Shown piece by piece: positions 57,817-64,000 of a stretch of DNA of 64,000 bases (position 1 is its first letter; each line of letters starts with the position of its first letter). Location: positions 32,001-96,000 of IMG/VR virus record IMGVR_UViG_3300025018_000111. One strand, given 5' to 3'. Source of the stretch: a virus. The position numbers and the translations under genes are program-made. The notes below the pieces were generated by a model. It saw only the letters and a program-made list of their open reading frames with translations. It searched no databases and had not been told where the DNA came from.

Positions 57817-58460
57817 TCGATATAGTCGTTTGATTTATTTAAAGATTCAACAGAATTTATCTCTTTAAAATGTTTTTCTGTCAATTCAAAAGGATTCAGA
57901 TATTTGTACTTCAAATTAGCAGAATTGCATCTTACTTCCATCCTGTTCCATCCATCAGTTTTCCCCTTTTTGAGACATTTTATATTTTCATGAGAAAAAT
58001 ATTCGTCTTTTCCTATCCAGCCAATTAGCCACGCTTTTTTGAAATCCTTATGGACTCTCATAAAAACATATTTGTCGCAATCCATTCCTTTAGAATAAAA
58101 AGGTACGCTGGCATCAAATGCTTCTGATTTTCCCACGATTGGATCAACATCCACCCCTTGAGTCTTAGTTTTAACATCATAATTTACTTTTCCATTTTTA
58201 CTAATAAAATCATAATCATATACAACATTCCCAACATATTTTAGTTTATTCCTGAATATTTGAAAAAATAAATATTCACCTAAGATTCCAGATGAATTCC
58301 TATTTCCCTCCATAAAGGATCTATTATTGAGCTTCCCCATCGATTCGGCAATTTCGCGCAATCGATCAATCGTACTTGGAATATCGAAGTTTAATTCATA
58401 ACATCCTGAATCTAACTTACTTATACATATTTCCCCATCTTGAACTTTTAATCTAAACAT
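57798..58460 (-). CDS. PD-(D/E)xK-type nuclease
   Basis: GILGE (helix Glu), YDYDF (Asp), YDVKTK (D-x-K), AWLIGWI. ATG 58460 overlaps the dnaE-N stop. Confidence 0.6.
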   Translation of the reverse strand: MFRLKVQDGEICISKLDSGCYELNFDIPSTIDRLREIAESMGKLNNRSFMEGNRNSSGILGEYLFFQIFRNKLKYVGNVVYDYDFISKNGKVNYDVKTKTQGVDVDPIVGKSEAFDASVPFYSKGMDCDKYVFMRVHKDFKKAWLIGWIGKDEYFSHENIKCLKKGKTDGWNRMEVRCNSANLKYKYLNPFELTEKHFKEINSVESLNKSNDYIECLGNL

Positions 58461-60708
58461 ATTTAAAGTCACATTGGAAATCATCTAACGATTTAATCGG
58501 AATCATTCTCCCACTCCTTTGCTCCATAAATTTGTGAGATTTGGACGAAACTACTTTCGCTCCAGAGTCAAATTTGTATTCGACTGCCGGTTTGTTAGAA
58601 CGATAAGTTTGAGTAACAGTAGATTCTACAATTTCATCAATCTCGAAATCGTAACTATAAACTTTATCCCCGATATTCAAATCACCGATTCTTTTGCTCC
58701 CATAAGGAGTTTCAACCTCTGTGTCTGGATCTAAGCACTTGTTAAAACTATAGCTCGCGGAATCGTGCAATAATTTCCAGTAAATCTCAAAAACTTCTGG
58801 ATCATAACCCCTCTCCTCCCCAGCTTTTCTAAGAACCGGCTCGAACTTGTCAATAATTTCCTTTTTCTTCTTACCGACTCCTCTTCGGATTTGCTCTCCA
58901 TCTTCTAAAGATAATCCGAAAACTTTACTGGCAATTCTCATCAGTTGCTCCTGATATATAAGCATGTTGCCACTTTCTTTTAAGTAAGGATCAAGGACTG
59001 GGTGAAGAGAGGGCGGAGTTCCTGAAGCTGTGTATTTGCTGTAGGGTTCGATGAATTGCAAAGCGCCCGGTCTCGCGATAGCCAACACCGCACTCAAATC
59101 CTCAATATTCCTCGGTTTAATAGCCCTAGTAGTCTTATACGCAGTATCTTCGCTAATTTGGAACAATCCGTACCTAGAATCCAAATCCTGACAAATCTGA
59201 TAGATATAAGGATCTTCAATATCAATATCGTCAATATCTAATCCCACAATCTTACAAACCTCATCAACAACACTAAGAGTTTTCACCCCTAGTAGGTCTA
59301 GTTTAATGGTTAAAAGTTCTACCACGTTCTTATTATAAGAACTCACAAGATTCCCCTCTTTCGTCAATTCTACTGGAAGAGTTTTATCTAAAGAGTGTTT
59401 GCTTACAATGATTCCGCTCGCATGAACTCCTTTGTTTCTAGGGAGTCCATTCAATTTTTGAGCAACCTTAAATGCCCTCTCATTTTCCTTACACCAGTTA
59501 TCGAACTTTTGACTTTTAGCTCTCGTATCTTCCAGAGAATCAACATTCCCGAATTGAGATTCAATGAAACTCGAAATCTTCGTCATTTCTTGATCACTTT
59601 TAGCAGCAACGATCTTTCCACACTCTTTTATCAGGATTTTACTGGTAAGAGTATTAACATTTAGAATATGACAAACTTTTCCTTTATATTTTTCGGAAAC
59701 ATAATTGATAACCTCTGGTCGTCGATAATAATCAATGTCAATATCAACGTCACACATTAAAGATCCGTCAAGATATGTGATTCCATCTATGACTGTTTTT
59801 TTGGCTCTTGCTCTGCTGACAAATCTCTCGAAGTAAAGTTCATATCGAATAGGATCAATCTTTGTAACATTGATTAGGAATAAGATTAACGATCCGCAAG
59901 CCGAATTGTGAACAGTATAATTTTCAGTCGAATAAGAGGGGGAATCACCGCTCATTGTTAGATCATAAACTTTTTTATATTTATTTTTAACAATTTCGGT
60001 CGATTGGACGATTTGAAAACTAGGATAATATTCTATGCCGTCATATCTGACTAGAACATCCCCAATTTTAATATTCTCAGATTTTACCCATTTCGTTTCT
60101 GGAATACTTGGGTAATCACTATCATAAATATAAGAATCATCAACAATGAGAACCTCGTGGTCTTTTGTTAATGAAACGGATTCATCTTTAACTTCTAAAA
60201 GATTTATCTTAACCAAATCTTCATCGCAATCGTATTCGTGTTTAGCCCTAACATTGCTCCACTTACCGAATCCATTCAGGATAATGTCTCCTTTTTGAAT
60301 GTCTTTGATATATTTTAATCCATCTTTAGTTCTGATTTTAGAATACGGATGAAGACATCCCCTTCCGTGACCAAGCAATATCCCTTTTTCTCTACAAAAA
60401 TTGCAAACATCCCAAATCAAAAGAAAATAATCGGTGAAAGACAATTCTTCAATAAGATCCAATTCGTAATCAAGTCTGTCTTGATATTCTTTCTTTTTTG
60501 ATTCCGGTTTATCTGAGATATATTCTCTAAGAGAATTATCACAAAGAGATTTTAAAAAATCAAAGTTTTTGAAGTTTTTTGGAAGATTATATTTTTCTAC
60601 ATACTTTCGATCAATTTCAATTTCAGGGAGTTCTACCCCTTTACTGGTTTTATCCAAAGAGGAAAACTGTTTTAGAAACTCTTTTTCAGTAAAATTTTTA
60701 ATATCCAT
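58453..60708 (-). CDS. dnaE: DNA polymerase III alpha, catalytic N-part (no PHP) with cis mini-intein and terminal split-intein IntN
   Basis: RLDYEL, DYFL, GRG|SACGS, LYFERF, DVDID, HASG, KLDLLG, GLFQ, RPG, IYQEQ, YSFNK|C. ATG 60708. Confidence 0.95.
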   Translation of the reverse strand: MDIKNFTEKEFLKQFSSLDKTSKGVELPEIEIDRKYVEKYNLPKNFKNFDFLKSLCDNSLREYISDKPESKKKEYQDRLDYELDLIEELSFTDYFLLIWDVCNFCREKGILLGHGRGCLHPYSKIRTKDGLKYIKDIQKGDIILNGFGKWSNVRAKHEYDCDEDLVKINLLEVKDESVSLTKDHEVLIVDDSYIYDSDYPSIPETKWVKSENIKIGDVLVRYDGIEYYPSFQIVQSTEIVKNKYKKVYDLTMSGDSPSYSTENYTVHNSACGSLILFLINVTKIDPIRYELYFERFVSRARAKKTVIDGITYLDGSLMCDVDIDIDYYRRPEVINYVSEKYKGKVCHILNVNTLTSKILIKECGKIVAAKSDQEMTKISSFIESQFGNVDSLEDTRAKSQKFDNWCKENERAFKVAQKLNGLPRNKGVHASGIIVSKHSLDKTLPVELTKEGNLVSSYNKNVVELLTIKLDLLGVKTLSVVDEVCKIVGLDIDDIDIEDPYIYQICQDLDSRYGLFQISEDTAYKTTRAIKPRNIEDLSAVLAIARPGALQFIEPYSKYTASGTPPSLHPVLDPYLKESGNMLIYQEQLMRIASKVFGLSLEDGEQIRRGVGKKKKEIIDKFEPVLRKAGEERGYDPEVFEIYWKLLHDSASYSFNKCLDPDTEVETPYGSKRIGDLNIGDKVYSYDFEIDEIVESTVTQTYRSNKPAVEYKFDSGAKVVSSKSHKFMEQRSGRMIPIKSLDDFQCDFKYV
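58456..58737 (-). mobile_element. Split intein N-fragment (94 aa)
   Basis: CLDPDTEVETPYG...I.DL.IGDKVYS...SSKSHKF, then a stop; blocks A and B only. Confidence 0.92.
59905..60357 (-). mobile_element. 151-aa cis mini-intein in dnaE-N
   Basis: GRG|CLHPYSKI...LTKDHEV...VYDLT...TVHN|SACGS. Confidence 0.92.
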
Positions 60709-61009
60709 TTTTTTTATATTCGTCTTCGTCTTCGTCGTCGTCATCACCTTCATCTACCGTATATCCCAATTCTTCCAGATCAATATCGTTTTCCTCGGCA
60801 ACCTCAAACAACTTTTCACTAATGACTTCTATCGATGCTATGAATGTTTTAAGAGCGTCATTATCACTTCTGTCTATCTTCACAAAAGATTCTATACAAG
60901 CCCTATCATTTTCATCTTCTGTCGCAGTGTTAGTCGGAATCAAGAGAATATAATCTTGTTTGTTCTTATCCAATCCGTCTAATAGGTCATAAATAAAATC
61001 TTTAGTCAT
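60698..61009 (-). CDS. Small very acidic protein
   Basis: 103 aa ending DEGDDDDEDEDEYKKNGY; preceded by GTGTAT at 61018-61023 on the minus strand. Confidence 0.6.
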   Translation of the reverse strand: MTKDFIYDLLDGLDKNKQDYILLIPTNTATEDENDRACIESFVKIDRSDNDALKTFIASIEVISEKLFEVAEENDIDLEELGYTVDEGDDDDEDEDEYKKNGY

Positions 61010-61024
61010 AAAAAAGAATACACT

Positions 61025-61681
61025 TTAGAGCTTTGCCTCATGCTTAAGATGATTCCAGATCTTCCAATTCAATCTAATATCATCCAGTGCGTCGTGAAGC
61101 TTTTCGGAGTCATATTCTATGTTAAAATGTTTTGCCAAATATTCCAAGTTAGACTTCACTCCTCTGACTCTTGTGTTTTTAACTCGATATTGATATTCGA
61201 GGAATGTTTCGTTCTCTGGATTAAACTTCATTCCATAAAAAATTCCTCTAGCAATACAGTTCGTGTCGATTGCTTTGTCGGGAAGGTGTCTCCATTCCTT
61301 CCCATACATCCGATAACACTCTTTTAAGAGAGGTAAGTCAAATCCGAGTATGTTGTGTCCCATGATATAATCACAGTCCTCTATGACAGGATAAATGAGA
61401 TTGAACACCTCTTCGCTAGGTCTTGCGAGTCTCATCACCTCCTCATGATTGTATTTAGTGACATAAGCAGCCCCTTTTCCTATTCTCAGATCAGAGTCCC
61501 ATTTCAGGTAATAATCTTTTTCATCAACGAGTTTGTCTCCAACGAAAGATAGGTAGGCAAATTGCCAGAAACGATTGCAGTGAAAACTCAGATTGAGTGA
61601 AAATGTTTCCTCGTCAAAAACACAAATTTTTGCATTATTATCGAATCTTAGGTTCTGCATAATATTATTTCCCCTCTTCAA
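61025..61681 (-). CDS. DEDDh 3'-5' exonuclease (DnaQ/epsilon-like)
   Basis: ExoI FDEET, ExoII GHNILGFD, ExoIII LHDALDD. Confidence 0.88.
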   Translation of the reverse strand: MKRGNNIMQNLRFDNNAKICVFDEETFSLNLSFHCNRFWQFAYLSFVGDKLVDEKDYYLKWDSDLRIGKGAAYVTKYNHEEVMRLARPSEEVFNLIYPVIEDCDYIMGHNILGFDLPLLKECYRMYGKEWRHLPDKAIDTNCIARGIFYGMKFNPENETFLEYQYRVKNTRVRGVKSNLEYLAKHFNIEYDSEKLHDALDDIRLNWKIWNHLKHEAKL

Positions 61682-61865
61682 GAGATTTTTTTATTTCGGC
61701 CAATTTTTGCAGGATAACGTTCTTATCCAAGAACGCTGAAAACTTAATATCCGAAATCAATGAGTTCAATTTCCGATATGTTTCTCTCGGCTTTGTCCGC
61801 TCGAATTCAGATATTGAACCGATGGAATATGTATCCTGATCTTCTATGTTGTTATTTGTTTCCAT
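61665..61865 (-). CDS. Small hypothetical protein
   Basis: 66 aa, overlapping both neighbours. Confidence 0.5.
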   Translation of the reverse strand: METNNNIEDQDTYSIGSISEFERTKPRETYRKLNSLISDIKFSAFLDKNVILQKLAEIKKSLEEGK

Positions 61866-62595
61866 TTTTTTCTAAAAAACTTTCCCAACAAAAACTATCA
61901 CTAGTCATGTCGTTTAATTCTGGTTTTTCTAACGTAGATCTATTCTGAATACAGCGATTTGTCAAGTAAGAAGTGAAATCACTCCTCTTTTTGTAATAGA
62001 TACTCTTTATTTCAAGAGTCGGGAATCCCGAACTCTCACAATAATCAACGACTCTTTTTCTCAGAATATCATCGAAAAGCAAATCATTATCCTCTAAAAA
62101 GAATACCGGATTCAACCCAGAAAAATCCAGATAAATTTTTGAGTTTTTGAGTCGGTTATTGTGGATGAAACTATCATAAAACGGAACGCATAGAACGAAT
62201 AGATCTTGGTTCTGAATCATAAATTCTTTCAGATCCTCAAAAGAGATTCTAGGATTCTTATAATCTGATGTAAAGATTTTGCTACTTATTTGAATTAGCT
62301 TTTCTTCACTGTCGTTGGATTTCGACAAAAGTACAAATTTGGACTGAGAAGAGGGGTCGTCGTCTCCACAGTCGAACCTCAGTCCGAATGTTAGTTTAAT
62401 GTCGTTTTCCTTACAAGACATTTTGGCCTCTTCATAACAGCCCATCGTATCATCGACAATAAAAATATGGTCAAGGTTGTTTTCCTTACTAATACTTATA
62501 ATAGAGTCTGGACCGTTCTCCTGCGTTTTATCAGGATGTTTCAGAGTCAAAATACTCTTGCCGAAACTGTAAGATGTTTTAAAAATTGGTATCAT
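61852..62595 (-). CDS. Stand-alone PHP domain of DNA polymerase III alpha (degenerate)
   Basis: FKTSYS..KSIL, IVDDTMG, DIKLTFG, VLLSK......LIQISS, PRI, YYKK.SD correspond to the DnaE N-terminal PHP. Confidence 0.75.
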   Translation of the reverse strand: MIPIFKTSYSFGKSILTLKHPDKTQENGPDSIISISKENNLDHIFIVDDTMGCYEEAKMSCKENDIKLTFGLRFDCGDDDPSSQSKFVLLSKSNDSEEKLIQISSKIFTSDYKNPRISFEDLKEFMIQNQDLFVLCVPFYDSFIHNNRLKNSKIYLDFSGLNPVFFLEDNDLLFDDILRKRVVDYCESSGFPTLEIKSIYYKKRSDFTSYLTNRCIQNRSTLEKPELNDMTSDSFCWESFLEKNGNK

Positions 62596-62624
62596 AATTT
62601 TCTCGCAAAAGGAAACCCCGTTTC

Positions 62625-63614
62625 TTAATTGTTAAACTTCGGACAACCTGAATATTTGTGTTTCTTTTGATAAAACTGCTCTTGAATATTTTCAAAAGGA
62701 GTTTTTTGCGTCTTAATTACCTTTCCGTCCTTATTATACAGGCAGTAATAGTCGAATGCAAACTTATAACCACAATAATACATGGGAGATTTGTCTTTTT
62801 TCTTCTGTCCAATGAATCTGGCAAAGCCGCAACATAGGTTTCCCTCAAAAACATCTTTTCTCGGTTTAATATCAGCGGCGAATTTTCTATAAGCGTCTTT
62901 TTCCTCAAAGTTTTCAAACTTTTCCTGATAGTCTGCCAAAACATATTCAAAGCCTTCCATCTCTTCCTCGGAAAGAGTGGTTCCCTTTTCGATAGGACTG
63001 TCTGGATGGTCAAGGTATTGAAATTCTGTTCTTATAGGGCGAGTTTCCCCTTCTTTCTTCAAAGCGAGATCGTAAATTATGCTTTGAATATTGAATAGTT
63101 TTTCTTCTTGACTTGGCTTTCTTTTCCCACATTTGTAATCCCGAATCACAACCTCATCCGCATATCTCATGCAGGCATCAATATATCCTAGAATATTGTA
63201 ACGAGGATTTTCGTTTTTATGCTGGAACTTTTTCTCAGGGGGAAGGATTTCAGCTCCTTCTTTCCCAAAGAATCCCAAAGAAAATGCAGTTAAGACCAGA
63301 TCGTTGATTAGATCCCATTCTATATTCTCCAATCCGTGCAGAGTGGACAACATCCTTACGAATCGAGTCATGGGTTTGTAAGAGTAAATATCCTTGCTCT
63401 TAAGAATAGATTCTACATCGTCTCTTCTTTTGTCACAGAGCATAGATTCCAAAATGCTGTGGACAACATTTCCGATCATAGTCCTTTGATAAGTGACATC
63501 AGGAATCTTTAAATGATATTTGGCCCAATATGCCCAAGAACATTTTTCATACTGGTCAATCCTGCTCTTGCTGAGGTAAACCTCTTTCTTCTCTTTGTTT
63601 TCTTTCTCTTTCAT
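62625..63614 (-). CDS. PD-(D/E)xK RecB/AddB/Cas4-like exonuclease
   Basis: LSKSRI..YEKC, G.VVH..LE, GYID, IRDYK.G, Q..IY, and C-terminal cysteines. Confidence 0.8.
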   Translation of the reverse strand: MKEKENKEKKEVYLSKSRIDQYEKCSWAYWAKYHLKIPDVTYQRTMIGNVVHSILESMLCDKRRDDVESILKSKDIYSYKPMTRFVRMLSTLHGLENIEWDLINDLVLTAFSLGFFGKEGAEILPPEKKFQHKNENPRYNILGYIDACMRYADEVVIRDYKCGKRKPSQEEKLFNIQSIIYDLALKKEGETRPIRTEFQYLDHPDSPIEKGTTLSEEEMEGFEYVLADYQEKFENFEEKDAYRKFAADIKPRKDVFEGNLCCGFARFIGQKKKDKSPMYYCGYKFAFDYYCLYNKDGKVIKTQKTPFENIQEQFYQKKHKYSGCPKFNN

Positions 63615-63618
63615 AATA

Positions 63619-63999
63619 TTAAAATCCTAAAAATTTCATTATACTTTTTTTTCCAGATTCTACCAACATTTCATTATAATCATTTTTCGTTGGACATTTG
63701 ATGATAACATTAGAAAAAAAATTGTCTAACCTTTTCTTAATCTTAACCATTCCATCCTGTCCCCTGTTATTTTCGTCATTGTTTAAAGAAATGATGATCT
63801 GTTTTGGATTTAATCTGATTAGATTGTAAAAAACCATACTGCTCATATCCAGAGAAAAACATGGTACACAATTGTATATCCCACATTCCATTAAACTCAA
63901 CATATCCCCGATACTTTCGACAAGGATGATGGTCCCCTCTTCCATTTCCGAATCATTAAATCGCGGGAAATACCAACTATTTTTCTTGCCAATCTTTTT
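63619..63999 (-). CDS. DNA primase TOPRIM domain, truncated at the window edge
   Basis: ILVESIGDMLSL and ISLNND...GQ...NDYNEM; frame is open to the window end. Confidence 0.8.
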   Translation of the reverse strand, partial: KKIGKKNSWYFPRFNDSEMEEGTIILVESIGDMLSLMECGIYNCVPCFSLDMSSMVFYNLIRLNPKQIIISLNNDENNRGQDGMVKIKKRLDNFFSNVIIKCPTKNDYNEMLVESGKKSIMKFLGF

Positions 64000-64000
64000 C

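Noticed and set aside
55554-60753. dnaE as a disrupted pseudogene
   Set aside because: Both halves are intact, and they end and begin precisely with complementary intein blocks that restore FNKSH.
62625-63614. Cas4-like gene as evidence of CRISPR-Cas
   Set aside because: No repeat-spacer array or other cas genes were seen, and such nucleases are common in phage replication modules.
1-64000. Stop-codon reassignment, tRNA/rRNA genes, integrase, tail sheath
   Set aside because: Genes tile densely in the standard code, with TAA, TAG and TGA all used as stops. No RNA gene, integrase or sheath was recognisable by eye, though tRNAscan/Infernal were not run.

Overview
This AT-rich, gene-dense window is part of a large tailed dsDNA phage genome with a long non-contractile (siphovirus-type) tail. 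From 1 to 50.7 kb is the virion morphogenesis region. It holds a sigma-like regulator, an ERCC4 nuclease, terminase, portal, protease/scaffold, capsid, neck genes, about six tail-tube-like paralogs, a LamG fibre and a 2239-aa tape measure. A lambda-like M-L-K-I-J tail-tip block lies on the opposite strand, and an intein-bearing class I ribonucleotide reductase operon with its own sigma70-type promoter and terminator interrupts the head genes. From 50.7 to 64 kb is a minus-strand replication/modification arm: primase, PD-(D/E)xK exonuclease, PHP, DnaQ, DnaE, SSB, two glycosyltransferases and an annealing-like protein. The main highlight is a fractured Pol III alpha (dnaE). Its two halves carry a naturally split intein (94-aa IntN, 36-aa IntC), and a nuclease plus DNA-methyltransferase pair is wedged between them. 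The PHP domain is a third gene, and DnaE-N also has a cis mini-intein. A recurrent GTGTAT motif marks putative late promoters. All calls come from reading motifs by eye; no searches were run.
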